Shown: piece after piece, positions 1 through 9,835 of the stretch
How positions within the stretch are numbered: the stretch's first letter is position 1
How the letters are laid out: each line of letters starts with the position of its first letter
Assembly: GCA_035510575.1 (NCBI GenBank)
Contig: DATKGV010000004.1
Location: forward strand, 6,839 to 70,838
Length of the DNA: 64,000 bases
Direction of reading: 5' to 3'
From: Minisyncoccota bacterium
GTDB taxonomy: Bacteria > Patescibacteriota > Minisyncoccia > Phycocordibacterales > UBA9973
Notes under the pieces: generated by a model
What the model saw: only the letters and a program-made list of their open reading frames with translations
The model's database searches: none
What the model was told of the DNA's origin: nothing
Position numbers and translations under genes: made by a program

Positions 1-251
1 AAGGCTTCAATCTCCATAAGAACATGGGTAAAAAGTTCGTCCGATATATCCTCATTCTTAAATTCAACTTTCCGTTTAAAATTATTCACTTCCAAAAATA
101 GCCTGCGTTTTTTGTCCTCAAAATTATATAGAACGACCAGAGCGAAAGATCCGTCCAGTTTTTCGTGGTACCACAGGGTGGCTTTTTCTCCTTCCCATAT
201 GTGTCCGTTTTTTCTCAGATTTTCAAAAGGGTCCAGCTCAACTTTTGGCAT
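1..251 (-). CDS. Hypothetical protein, truncated by the window edge
   Basis: Hand translation from ATG at 251 (MPKVELDPFENLRKNGHIWEGEKATLWYHEK...) stays open to position 1. Confidence 0.5.
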   Translation of the reverse strand, partial: MPKVELDPFENLRKNGHIWEGEKATLWYHEKLDGSFALVVLYNFEDKKRRLFLEVNNFKRKVEFKNEDISDELFTHVLMEIEA

Positions 252-344
252 GCTAATAAATTAGCATACTATTTTGTTTTTTCGTAATGTCCTGTGGATT
301 CAAAGTTCACTTTTTATAAGCAAAATGATACACTTGGATTTAGC

Positions 345-656
345 ATGATACCCGACGAAGAAAAAAATGCCATATGGAGAGAAATATCTCCCGATCTGAT
401 AAAGGCTTTTTTGTCAGTGAAGAATGAAGAAGAACTAAAAGCTTTTTTTCGGGATCTTATGAGCGAAAGGGATCTGAGAGAATTGCAGATGCGGTGGGAT
501 GTCGCGAAAAAGCTCGATGCGGGCGTTCCGTTTACTCAAATCTCAGAGGAGTCCGGTCAGTCTCCGGTGACTATCACAAAAATCAATCGCTGGCTTAAAG
601 AGGGATGCGGCGGATATAAAATGATGATAGATCGCATGAAAGACGGGCAGAAATAA
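345..656 (+). CDS. TrpR-like YerC/YecD HTH protein
   Basis: FFRDLMSERDLRELQMRWDVAKKL...FTQISEESGQSPVTITKINRWL..G.GGY matches the TrpR/YerC pattern; ATG at 345 preferred over GTG at 294. Confidence 0.85.
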   Translation: MIPDEEKNAIWREISPDLIKAFLSVKNEEELKAFFRDLMSERDLRELQMRWDVAKKLDAGVPFTQISEESGQSPVTITKINRWLKEGCGGYKMMIDRMKDGQK

Positions 657-749
657 TTAGGACTATATCCAATAAAACTATACACTGAAAAAGGATCGGC
701 AATCGCCGACGTTCTTTTCATTTTAATAACAACCAAAAAGGAGGATCTC

Positions 750-1757
750 ATGAAATTTGTAAATCGGGTATCTCGTCGTGGAACTTACGTGGTTACTTTC
801 GATGCTGAGAGCCGTCTTCAAGCCTACAGAGCGGGAGGGCTTAATGTCCCGCACCAGTATGATCCGCTCTTTGGAAATTTTCACCGAATTCTTTCGGAGA
901 AATTAAAGAGCGCTCTGCCCGATGTGAACATACATACGGTCGGCATGGGGAGAGTGAGGCTCAAAATTTGGAAAGAGGTCGAGAATCGCATTCAAGACAT
1001 GACCCATCAGGTCGTGCTAAGCACCTGCCAAGAAATTGCAGACTCAACCCCAAGGAGCGAAGGTCTTGTCCTTAACATCAACCGATTGTTCAACACGGAA
1101 GGGGAAATGATTGAGTACGGTCCGCGACACGGTTTCAAACCGCTTGATGAGCAATTCAAAGAACTAGCGGAAAAGATCGCTGGTCGGTCCGTCGTCCTCA
1201 TTGAAGACGGCGCATTTACCGGCGGCACGATTCTCTATGTTTTGAAAGAGCTCAAAGATCTCGGTATCAAGGTTACCGCTGTTGTCATCGGATTTTGCTG
1301 TACGCAAGCGCATCCACTTCTTAAGGAATTGCTAAATGGTGAGCTGGCGGTTGTGGATTCTCTCGAAAATTTAGTCGATTGGATTCCCGACCACGATCTC
1401 ATTCCGTTTATTCCAAATTGTGGGCGCGTTCTCGGGGAGCAATCCTCGTCGGGATACGCACCTGTAAAAACAGTGAGCGGCGCGAGCTGCGCCTACCCCT
1501 ACATTCTGCCGTTCGGCAAAATGGAGAAGTGGGCAACCATGCCATCTGAAGGTGCTCGAGACTTGTCGTGTTTTTGTCTAGACACAAGCATCGAGATCTT
1601 CAGCAGAGTGGGGAACGGAAAAGTAACAATAGGAGAGCTCATAAAGGCTTGCCCGGGGGTTTCTCTTCCCATTGTGGTGGGTGTTCACGAGGATCTTCCT
1701 TCTTTGGATATTGAGGTGGTCAGCTTTCTCCGGCATATGCGAGGAAGGCTCGCGTGA
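750..1757 (+). CDS. Phosphoribosyltransferase-domain protein
   Basis: PRPP-binding loop VVLIEDGAFTGGT; GAGGA RBS upstream. Confidence 0.7.
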   Translation: MKFVNRVSRRGTYVVTFDAESRLQAYRAGGLNVPHQYDPLFGNFHRILSEKLKSALPDVNIHTVGMGRVRLKIWKEVENRIQDMTHQVVLSTCQEIADSTPRSEGLVLNINRLFNTEGEMIEYGPRHGFKPLDEQFKELAEKIAGRSVVLIEDGAFTGGTILYVLKELKDLGIKVTAVVIGFCCTQAHPLLKELLNGELAVVDSLENLVDWIPDHDLIPFIPNCGRVLGEQSSSGYAPVKTVSGASCAYPYILPFGKMEKWATMPSEGARDLSCFCLDTSIEIFSRVGNGKVTIGELIKACPGVSLPIVVGVHEDLPSLDIEVVSFLRHMRGRLA

Positions 1758-1781
1758 TTCCTTGTTCTTTGCAGCAAAATC

Positions 1782-1813
1782 AGTCGCACCACCTCAAAAA
1801 TGGTGCGACTTTC
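1782..1813 (+). terminator. Intrinsic terminator-like hairpin
   Basis: agtcgcacca...tggtgcgact followed by T residues, just after the PRTase gene. Confidence 0.65.
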
Positions 1814-1904
1814 TATATTATCTCAAAAACCCTTATTTCACTTGACTTTTTACTAGTTTTTATTTTTTATAATTGGAATACACATCGTCCTTCTTGACAA
1901 TATT

Positions 1905-2165
1905 TGCTCACTACACTAGGATGTAGTGACAATCAAATATGAATCCATTGTCCCGGAAGGGATCGGCCGATACTCGGCAAGATGCTAGCAATGGACTTTA
2001 CCAAAGCATCATCTTGCTTTCTCGCTCAGAATAGGAGTAAGATGATAGCACATACCCTCGAGGGTATGCGTCCCAAGCTTGGGATTGGCAGGAGCCGAAT
2101 AATTTATTAAGCGGCTAATGTCGCCAAAAGTCCACTTTGACTAGCATCAGGTGGACTTTTTGGTT
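1905..2165 (+). promoter_or_regulatory. Structured leader / candidate attenuator or cis-regulatory RNA upstream of the recombinase
   Basis: Dense series of hairpins plus mutually exclusive long-range pairings (see findings). Confidence 0.5.
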
Positions 2166-2173
2166 GGCATTTT

Positions 2174-3310
2174 ATGAAATTAACTCAAGCCATCGAAGAA
2201 TTCAAAAATTGGAGAGGATTCAAAGTAACCGGACATACGGTCGTGCGCTACGACAGCGCGCTCCGGATTTTTTGCCTTACCATAGGTGATGTTGAAATCG
2301 AGCAAATCCAAATCCAGCACGTTTTGCATTACCTGAAACAAATGGAGTTGCTCGGGTGGAAAAGAAACGGAGTAAATATCGTCGCCCTCGCGCTGCGAAA
2401 GTTTTTTGAATTTTACAATCTTCAAGGATATCGATGCTTGAATGAGTCTCTCATACCTTTGCCAAAAAAAGAATTCAATATCCCACGTGTTGCCAATGAG
2501 AAAGATTTTAATAAATTGGTGAAATCGATTCCTCGCGACCGTGACTCGGTTAACATTCGCAATCTTGCTTTGGTCCACATGGTCTGGGATACTTGGGCGC
2601 GAAGTGGCGAAATAATTTCTCTCGATGGGGACGATTTACAATTTAATAAGGATGGGTCTGGTTTCGCCACTATCAAGACCGAAAAATCGAGAGGCAAACG
2701 ACCGATCCGTGAAATTTTCTGGACAGCTCAAACGAATAAGTACCTGAAGGCATGGCTGAAAGAAAAAGAAAGGATCCAAGACCAGATGGTATTTGAAGAC
2801 GTAGGTGCGGTTTTCATTTCAATCAGAAAATGTGGACCATACGATGTCCGCGGAAAAAGAATGACCAATAGGGGAGTCTGCGAAGTGTTTCGAACCATAT
2901 CGAATCGAGCGGGCTTGCCTTCAATATTCAATGCTCACTCCGCTCGGCACTATGGCGGACGAAAAATTATCAAGGATGGCGGCGCCAGTGCCGACGTCAC
3001 GAACATCCTAGGACACTCTAACCTTGAAAGTTCTCAATTTTATACCATGATGTGGGGTAACGATCTCAGGGAGAGGTGGACTCACTTCCACAACGAACAT
3101 GCTAATCCGAAGCACGATAAGGGTCGGCTAAATAAAAACCTGAAAAGCATCATGAGTTTGAATAATCTGGATAATGCCAAGGAGGTATTCGAATCCTTCA
3201 TAGAATATATGCAGAAGGACAATGTGCCTACCAACGACCAATTTGTCAATCGACCAAAAAGAAACACTGTCATCGATACCGGTCACGGAGGACGGTGGTC
3301 AAAATTCTAG
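2174..3310 (+). CDS. Tyrosine recombinase/integrase (XerC/D-like)
   Basis: Catalytic residues present: R (WARSGE), K (KTEK), HxxR (HSARH), H (LGHS), Y (SQFYT); N-terminal core-binding-like domain. Confidence 0.9.
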   Translation: MKLTQAIEEFKNWRGFKVTGHTVVRYDSALRIFCLTIGDVEIEQIQIQHVLHYLKQMELLGWKRNGVNIVALALRKFFEFYNLQGYRCLNESLIPLPKKEFNIPRVANEKDFNKLVKSIPRDRDSVNIRNLALVHMVWDTWARSGEIISLDGDDLQFNKDGSGFATIKTEKSRGKRPIREIFWTAQTNKYLKAWLKEKERIQDQMVFEDVGAVFISIRKCGPYDVRGKRMTNRGVCEVFRTISNRAGLPSIFNAHSARHYGGRKIIKDGGASADVTNILGHSNLESSQFYTMMWGNDLRERWTHFHNEHANPKHDKGRLNKNLKSIMSLNNLDNAKEVFESFIEYMQKDNVPTNDQFVNRPKRNTVIDTGHGGRWSKF

Positions 3311-3354
3311 GTCAGCGATTTTCCACGGTCCTCATTTTGTAGTATTATTCGACT

Positions 3355-3606
3355 ATGGCAAATAAGCCGAATCAGAAACGAAATGACGAGATCGTCAGAC
3401 TGCACGATTTTGATCCAATAAAATACTCCTTCGTAAATCTTTCAAAGCGTTACAAAAATCCTAAAACCAAAAAGCCCTTGGCCGGATCCACGCTTCATGA
3501 GATTTACATGCGGGAAAAGGCAAAATTAGGCGACGAAAATGCCCAATCTTCCGCTGTTGTAAAGACAAAATACCCCAAATTGATATCCCCTAATAAGAGG
3601 ACTTAA
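3355..3606 (+). CDS. Small basic protein, possible HTH DNA-binding protein
   Basis: 83 aa; KRNDEIVRLH...YSFVNLSKRY resembles Mor/HTH-like motifs; lies next to the integrase. Confidence 0.5.
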   Translation: MANKPNQKRNDEIVRLHDFDPIKYSFVNLSKRYKNPKTKKPLAGSTLHEIYMREKAKLGDENAQSSAVVKTKYPKLISPNKRT

Positions 3607-3611
3607 CTTAC

Positions 3612-3640
3612 TTGCTTCAAATTAGGAGTTGAGGTAAAAT
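3612..3640 (+). promoter_or_regulatory. Sigma70-like promoter
   Basis: TTGCTT-17 nt-TAAAAT. Confidence 0.45.
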
Positions 3641-3875
3641 GGTTCCTATACGATCTTTGACAACAAAAACAGATTTCGCCCACCTGCCCAGTTTCTGAGA
3701 TACTCGGAATTTGAGCAGGTGAGCGCGTAGGGATTTTCATTAGAAATCCTTATGTGGTAAAATGGAGAGATGAAAAATAATCACTCCAAAATAATATTAT
3801 TCAGTGGTTGGTATGACAATGAACTGGGGTATACATATACGCTTGTTGATCATGTAGTCAAAACAGGGCAGACAA

Positions 3876-4709
3876 TTAAATAATCTCTCCCTTAAACACA
3901 AAAGTAGCGGGGCCACGGAGGATGACGTGGCCTTTGTCGTTTTGAGATAAGAATAATTTACCACCCGGAAATTCCAAAGTTACCTCACTTTGCGTTAGGT
4001 CTTGCCTAACGCTGTTTTTTGTAAGTATGGAATAAACTGCGCAAGCGCCAGTGCCACAGGCAAGAGTGGCACCACAACCGCGCTCCCAGACCTTCACTTT
4101 GTAATAATTATCCCCGCCTGCTCCCGAACTATCGTGAGGGCGGGCAGGATTTACTTTTTCAACTAATTCCATATTTATTTTGTTTGGGAAATTTTTATCA
4201 TTCTCAATTTTAGGACCAATTATTGAAAGGTTATATTTATTTAAATCATCAACAAGTCCGACAGCATGTGGATTACCCATTGATACAAATTCAAATAAAA
4301 TATTTTCAAGTTCCATTGGATTAGCAGGGAAGTCGTTATGAGCAAATACAGGCGCACCCATATCAACAGAATATGTCCCATCTTTATGGCATGTAATTTT
4401 CTTTATGCCAGCTCGCGTATCAATAAATAATTCTTCTTTAAATTGTGAGGTCTGTTCTAAGAAGAATTTCGCCACGCAACGCACCCCATTACCGCACATT
4501 TCAGCTGTTGTTCCATCGGAATTATAATAATTCATAAAACAATCAGCTTTATCCGATGATTCAACTAAAATTACACCATCAGCGCCTATTCCTAAATGCC
4601 TATCACATAAAAACTTTATATATTCAGGCGCAAAATTAACCACACCATTCATGTTATTTATCATGATGAAATCATTGCCGGCGCCGTGATATTTATAGAA
4701 ATTAATCAT
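3876..4709 (-). CDS. dapF: Diaminopimelate epimerase, with two in-frame palindromic inserts
   Basis: KYHGAGNDF, EMCGNGVRC, SMGNPHAV and WERGCGATLACGTG motifs. Confidence 0.95.
   Translation of the reverse strand: MINFYKYHGAGNDFIMINNMNGVVNFAPEYIKFLCDRHLGIGADGVILVESSDKADCFMNYYNSDGTTAEMCGNGVRCVAKFFLEQTSQFKEELFIDTRAGIKKITCHKDGTYSVDMGAPVFAHNDFPANPMELENILFEFVSMGNPHAVGLVDDLNKYNLSIIGPKIENDKNFPNKINMELVEKVNPARPHDSSGAGGDNYYKVKVWERGCGATLACGTGACAVYSILTKNSVRQDLTQSEVTLEFPGGKLFLSQNDKGHVILRGPATFVFKGEII
3992..4012. repeat. Short palindrome, TAGG-N5-CCTA family, inside dapF
   Basis: gcgttagg-tcttg-cctaacgc; same core at 39191 and 57961. Confidence 0.8.
4113..4148 (-). repeat. 36-nt CCTGCCCGCC...GGCGGG element, in-frame in dapF
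   Basis: Near-identical to 41008-41043 and 21054-21093; encodes PARPHDSSGAGG. Confidence 0.9.
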
Positions 4710-4750
4710 ATATCTTTTATTATACCAATAAAATGGTATAATTATCACAT

Positions 4751-5182
4751 ATGAAAATCTACATTGGAGCAGATCATGCAGGATATGAATTAAAAGAAAA
4801 TCTTAAAACTTATTTAACAGGACTTGGTTTAGAGGTTATTGATAAGGGCGCATTTGAATTAAATAATAATGACGATTATCCTGATTTTATTACACCAGTA
4901 GCGGAAGCAGTAGCCAAAGAAGAAAGTTTCGGTGTTATTATCGGTGGTTCAGGCCAAGGTGAAGCTATGTGTGCCAATCGGGTAGCAGGCATTAGAGCTT
5001 CAGTTTATTATGGTCATTCTTTAGATATAATAAAAATAACAAGAGAGCATAATAATGCCAACATCCTTTCATTAGGCGCACGATTTATAACAATCGATGA
5101 AGCAAAAGAAGCTATCAAATTATTTATTGATACTAAATTTAGCGGTGACGAAAGGCACATTCGTAGAATTAGGAAATTTTAA
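4751..5182 (+). CDS. rpiB: Ribose-5-phosphate isomerase B
   Basis: IGADHAG, DDYPD, GGSGQGE, REHNNAN, RHIRRI motifs. Confidence 0.95.
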   Translation: MKIYIGADHAGYELKENLKTYLTGLGLEVIDKGAFELNNNDDYPDFITPVAEAVAKEESFGVIIGGSGQGEAMCANRVAGIRASVYYGHSLDIIKITREHNNANILSLGARFITIDEAKEAIKLFIDTKFSGDERHIRRIRKF

Positions 5183-5185
5183 ATT

Positions 5186-5872
5186 ATGACAGAAATAATA
5201 CCGGCGATATTAGCCAAAGATTTTGAAGAATTGCGCGAAAAAATTTCACGATTTGCAAGTGTGGCGAGAACTGTGCAGATAGATGTCTGCGACGGCAAAT
5301 TTGTGCCATCTGTCTCATGGCCGATGCACGCAGGAGATAAAGAAAGCGTATCGGCAATAATAAATGAAGAAGAGGGTTTGCCATATTGGGATTCGCTTGA
5401 TTTTGAATTTGACTTAATGGTCAAAGATGCTCACAAGCAATTTGAATTTTTTACGCGGCTGGGAGCCAAAAGGATTGTTTTTCATTTGGAAGCAGAAGAT
5501 GAAAAAGACCTTAAAGAATTTTTGGAGGGTTTGGATATGTATACGAAAGAAAATATACAAATAGGTTTAGCTATCAATATCACGACAAATGTTGATAAAT
5601 TATTTCCCTTTATAAATCTGATTGATTTTGTGCAATGCATGGGAATAGATCATATTGGTTTTCAAGGCCAGCCCTTTGATGAACGCGACCTAAAACAGAT
5701 ATCAACATTGCGGGCAAATTATAGAGAACTTATAATAAGCGTAGACGGAGGCGTAAATAACCGCACAGCGCCTATGATGGTGAAAGCCGGAGCTAATAGA
5801 TTAATAGTAGGTTCAGCTCTCATCAACAGTCATGATATTTATGAGACAATCAAAGAATTAGAAAATTTATAA
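5186..5872 (+). CDS. rpe: Ribulose-phosphate 3-epimerase family protein
   Basis: IIPAIL, QIDVCDGKFV, ISVDGGVN, LIVGSA motifs; in a pentose phosphate cluster. Confidence 0.9.
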   Translation: MTEIIPAILAKDFEELREKISRFASVARTVQIDVCDGKFVPSVSWPMHAGDKESVSAIINEEEGLPYWDSLDFEFDLMVKDAHKQFEFFTRLGAKRIVFHLEAEDEKDLKEFLEGLDMYTKENIQIGLAINITTNVDKLFPFINLIDFVQCMGIDHIGFQGQPFDERDLKQISTLRANYRELIISVDGGVNNRTAPMMVKAGANRLIVGSALINSHDIYETIKELENL

Positions 5873-5873
5873 A

Positions 5874-6743
5874 ATGGAAAATCTTACCGACACAAAAGTA
5901 AAAGAATTGGAGATTCAGGCCAATGATATACGGGAGAGCATTATTGAAATGCTTGTTGAAGCAGGATCGGGCCATACTGCCGGCCCGCTTGGAATGGCTG
6001 ATATTTTCACTTTGCTTTATTTTCATGCCATGAAGCATGATCCTAAAAATCCGGAATGGCCGGATCGTGATCGATTGGTGCTTTCAAATGGCCATATATG
6101 CCCGGTACTTTACGCCACAATGGCTCATGCCGGTTATATGCCTATGGATGAGCTAAAAACATTGCGTAAGTTCGGTTCGCGCCTTCAAGGCCATCCGCAT
6201 CGGGAATATATGCCTTGGCTTGAGAATTCTTCAGGTCCGCTTGGAGCCGGCCTTTCACAAGCCATCGGCATGGCTCTTGCTGACCGTATGAATAATGGAG
6301 TAAGCACAAATAAAACAATTTACGCTCTGCTGTCTGATGGCGAACACGACGAAGGAAATACTTGGGAAGCAGTGCTTCTTGCCGGCAAGGAAAAATTGCG
6401 CAATCTTCTGGCAATAGTTGATCGCAACAATATTCAGATTGACGGACCAACGGAAAAAATAATGCCGCTTGGCGACCTTGGTTTGAAATATGAGCAATTC
6501 GGCTGGCATGTGCAAGAAATAGACGGGCATAATTTTAATGAAATAAATGACGCAATCAATAGAGCAAAAGCAGTTTATGACAAACCGTCGGTTATAATTG
6601 CTCGCACAATACCAGGCAAAGGAGTGAAAGAATTTGAACGCGATTATCGCTGGCATGGCGTTCCGCCGAATAAAGAGCAGGGAGAGATGGCGCTTAAAGA
6701 ATTGCGCGCCCTTGGCGAGAAAATCAAAAGCAAACAGGAATAA
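5874..6743 (+). CDS. Transketolase, N-terminal subunit
   Basis: SGHTAGPLG, DRDRLVLSNGH, SDGEHDEG..WEA, WHG motifs. Confidence 0.95.
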   Translation: MENLTDTKVKELEIQANDIRESIIEMLVEAGSGHTAGPLGMADIFTLLYFHAMKHDPKNPEWPDRDRLVLSNGHICPVLYATMAHAGYMPMDELKTLRKFGSRLQGHPHREYMPWLENSSGPLGAGLSQAIGMALADRMNNGVSTNKTIYALLSDGEHDEGNTWEAVLLAGKEKLRNLLAIVDRNNIQIDGPTEKIMPLGDLGLKYEQFGWHVQEIDGHNFNEINDAINRAKAVYDKPSVIIARTIPGKGVKEFERDYRWHGVPPNKEQGEMALKELRALGEKIKSKQE

Positions 6744-6748
6744 ACATT

Positions 6749-7750
6749 ATGCTTAATCAATCGTTAAAATTAAATACAAAAGTTTTCAATGAAGATGTTG
6801 AACAGATTCCCATTCGCCAAGGTTTCGGCGAGGGCTTGCTTGCCGCCGGAATTGAGAATGAAAATATTGTCGGGCTTTGCGCCGATCTTACAGAATCCAC
6901 AAAAATGAATTTATTTGCTGAGAAATTTCCGGAAAGATTCATAGAGATTGGCGTTGCTGAACAGAATTTAGCAACAGTGGCTTCAGGCATGGCGGCCATG
7001 GGCAAGATTCCTTTCGTTTCTTCTTATGCAATGTTTTCCCCGGGACGCAATTGGGAGCAGATTCGCACTACCATTTGCTACAATGACCGCCCTGTAAAAA
7101 TTGCCGGTTCTCATGCTGGCGTATCTGTAGGGCCGGATGGTGGCACGCATCAAGCTATTGAAGACATAGCCATTACTCGCGTAATGCCCAATATGGTTGT
7201 TATTTCGCCGTGTGACGCCATAGAAGCCAAAAAAGCGACAATGGCATGCGCTAAGACCAAAGAACCGACATATTTGCGCCTAGCTCGCGAAAAAACGCCA
7301 ATTATAACTACAACAGACACTCCTTTTGAAATAGGCAGAGCGCAAATAGTATTCACACCGGAAATCGGACTGGCGCAGGTCGGAATTATCGCGACTGGAG
7401 CATTGCTTTATAAGGCGCTTATAGTAGCTCATAATTTAGAAAAGAAAGGCATTAAAATAAAAGTTATGAATTTATCCACTATCAAGCCCCTTGATACGGA
7501 AGCGATTATTGCTCTTGCTAAAGAAACGAAAGCCATAGTCACAGTAGAAGAGCATCAGATAGCAGGCGGTATGGGCAGCGCTATTGCTGAATGTTTGGTG
7601 CAAAATTATCCAGTACCGATAGAATTTATCGGGGTTAAAAATAAATTCGGCCAGTCAGGCACGCCTGCGGAACTCATAGAACATTACGAGATGGGAGTTT
7701 CGCATATAATTTCGGCAGTTGAGAAAGTTTTAAAAAGAAAATTAGTTTAA
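6749..7750 (+). CDS. Transketolase, C-terminal subunit
   Basis: GVAEQNL, GPDGGTHQAIED, VTVEEH motifs. Confidence 0.95.
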   Translation: MLNQSLKLNTKVFNEDVEQIPIRQGFGEGLLAAGIENENIVGLCADLTESTKMNLFAEKFPERFIEIGVAEQNLATVASGMAAMGKIPFVSSYAMFSPGRNWEQIRTTICYNDRPVKIAGSHAGVSVGPDGGTHQAIEDIAITRVMPNMVVISPCDAIEAKKATMACAKTKEPTYLRLAREKTPIITTTDTPFEIGRAQIVFTPEIGLAQVGIIATGALLYKALIVAHNLEKKGIKIKVMNLSTIKPLDTEAIIALAKETKAIVTVEEHQIAGGMGSAIAECLVQNYPVPIEFIGVKNKFGQSGTPAELIEHYEMGVSHIISAVEKVLKRKLV

Positions 7751-8739
7751 TTTATCTTCTTTGGCTTATAATCAGCTGGAGCATTTTTGAGATAATCCAA
7801 AAGAGCTTCTTGCGTAAGCAATCCTTTTTGCGCGCCGACTTTCAGCACGACAGACATGGCATTAATCGGCGCCCACATCAACGCTTCAGGAATGGTCTTG
7901 CCCAAAAGAAGAGCCGTAGTAAAAGTGGAAGAGAAAGCGTCTCCCGCGCCAGTACGCTCATATGGCACATGAGGATAGACCGGCATGAACCAAGCATCTG
8001 TTCCATCATAGGCATAAGCGCCGTTGATGCTGTCAGTCATAACCACGATTTTAGGACCAAGGCCTCGCAGCATGCTCATAAGCTTTATTTTATCTTCTTC
8101 CTCGCTTCCAAGTATGCGCTGTGCTTCTTCAACATTGCAGAGGAACACTTCCGTGCGGGCATATATGTCTTTCAGAACTTCCACTCCAAGCTTCATCTGG
8201 AATGTTCCCGGCTGAAACGCAAGCTTTGTATTGGGATGCTGTTTCAAATATTCCGCAATTTCCAAATGATATGAAGCGGAGTTTGATGCAAGGGAAGAAA
8301 GATAAATCCATTTTGGTTCTGGCAGATTCATTGGGAAAGAATAGGGGAATTCAGTATGCTTGACCAGTATAGTGCGATCCACATCATACCAAAGAACATA
8401 ATGATAGTTGGAAGCCATTCCCGGAACTTTCATCATGTATTCTGTATTGACATTGTCTTTTATAAGCGACTCCAAATCTCCTTTGCCGATTTCATCATCG
8501 CCAATATAAGATATAAGATATGAATTCACCCCAAGCCGCGAGGCAGACACGGCAGCATTCGGACTGTTGCCGACAGCATGGCATACTTCCACGGATTCAT
8601 AAGGAACTTTGTCTCCAAAGCGAAGGCAAAGCCGGCAATGCTCGCCATGAAGATCGCAAGTCGCTTCAGCATCCGCAATTCTTATAAATGGCTCCGTTAC
8701 TACATCGCCTATAGCAAGAAAATCAATTTGTTTTTCCAT
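7747..8739 (-). CDS. PfkB-family carbohydrate kinase
   Basis: GNSPNAAV..SRLG and ERTGAGDAF motifs. Confidence 0.9.
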   Translation of the reverse strand: MEKQIDFLAIGDVVTEPFIRIADAEATCDLHGEHCRLCLRFGDKVPYESVEVCHAVGNSPNAAVSASRLGVNSYLISYIGDDEIGKGDLESLIKDNVNTEYMMKVPGMASNYHYVLWYDVDRTILVKHTEFPYSFPMNLPEPKWIYLSSLASNSASYHLEIAEYLKQHPNTKLAFQPGTFQMKLGVEVLKDIYARTEVFLCNVEEAQRILGSEEEDKIKLMSMLRGLGPKIVVMTDSINGAYAYDGTDAWFMPVYPHVPYERTGAGDAFSSTFTTALLLGKTIPEALMWAPINAMSVVLKVGAQKGLLTQEALLDYLKNAPADYKPKKIN

Positions 8740-8745
8740 ATGACC

Positions 8746-8800
8746 CTTATTATACCCCGTAGTGAAATTTTTAACAAAATTCTACTACAGGGGATATCAC
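8746..8800. repeat. CCCCGTAG...CTAC(A)GGGG hairpin element, copy 1
   Basis: Near-identical to 35541-35594. Confidence 0.75.
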
Positions 8801-8820
8801 AATATGATATAATATTTAAT

Positions 8821-9684
8821 ATGAAAACATTAAGAGAATGTGTAAAAGAGGCATACGAAAAAAAAGTGGCAATCGGCCATTTTAATATTTCAAATCTTGA
8901 AGGTTTGCATGGCGTTTATAATGCTGCGAAAAAATTAAACGTTCCGATTATAATAGGACTTTCAGAAGGGGAAGAAGATTTTGTCGGCAAAGATGAAGCT
9001 GTGGCTCTGATAAAAGAAATCCGAGAGAAAGATCAATATCCAATATTTCTAAATGCCGATCATCATTACAGTTTTGAAACTGTGAAGAATGCTATTGACG
9101 CTGGCTTTGATTCAGTTATCTATGATGGCGCAAATTTAAGTTTTGAAGAAAATTCAAAAATTACCAAACAATGCGTCGAATATGCACGAGAGGTAAGTAA
9201 GCAAACTGGTAGAGATATTTTAGTCGAAGCTGAGCTTGGATACATAGGTTCTGGTTCAAGTATTAAAGAATCAATTCCGGAAGGCGCTGGAATAAAAACA
9301 AAACCAGAAGAAGCTAAAAAATTTGTGGAAGAAACTGACATAGACATGCTTGCACCTTCGGTTGGTTCTATTCATGGACTAATAAAGAGTGGCAAGCCAC
9401 ATATTGATGGGGAACTTGTAAAACAAATTCGTGATATAACTGGCGTGCCATTAGTTCTTCACGGCGGTTCAGGACTTCGTGATGAAGATTTCACAAATGC
9501 CATACAAGCAGGGATTTCAATTGTTCATATAAATACAGAAATACGCGTGGCTTTCACCGAAGCAGTAAAAAAGTTTATAGCCGAAAATCCCAATGAAACT
9601 ACACCTTATAAAATATTAGAGCCAGCTGTTCTTGCAATTGAAAAAGTTGTAGAAGAAAGATTGAAATTGTTTAATAGAATGTAA
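8821..9684 (+). CDS. fba: Class II fructose-bisphosphate aldolase
   Basis: NADH, VEAELGYIG, SVGSIHG, LVLHGGSG, INTE motifs; ATG at 8821. Confidence 0.93.
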   Translation: MKTLRECVKEAYEKKVAIGHFNISNLEGLHGVYNAAKKLNVPIIIGLSEGEEDFVGKDEAVALIKEIREKDQYPIFLNADHHYSFETVKNAIDAGFDSVIYDGANLSFEENSKITKQCVEYAREVSKQTGRDILVEAELGYIGSGSSIKESIPEGAGIKTKPEEAKKFVEETDIDMLAPSVGSIHGLIKSGKPHIDGELVKQIRDITGVPLVLHGGSGLRDEDFTNAIQAGISIVHINTEIRVAFTEAVKKFIAENPNETTPYKILEPAVLAIEKVVEERLKLFNRM

Positions 9685-9692
9685 TATAAAAA

Positions 9693-9724
9693 AATCCAGT
9701 AAACTTTAAAAGGTTTACTGGATT
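9693..9724. terminator. Terminator hairpin between convergent genes
   Basis: aatccagtaaac-tttaaaag-gtttactggatt. Confidence 0.65.
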
Positions 9725-9835
9725 AACTCATAGAGAGGTAGGGTTCTTGTTCTCTTAGATTTACATTCGGCGGATTAGCATAAAGCGAATCGGCTATAAT
9801 AAATCGGAATTATCCCTTTAGGAAGAAATTAATCT

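Noticed and set aside
750-3870. Prophage
   Set aside because: Only a recombinase and small genes; no structural, terminase or replication genes, and I could not identify att repeats.
8578-8820. N-terminal extension of fba in the ORF track
   Set aside because: It overlaps pfkB on the opposite strand; aldolase homology starts at ATG 8821. The same applies to the listed extensions of rplY, rpsA, atpB, the RRM gene and the GIY-YIG gene.
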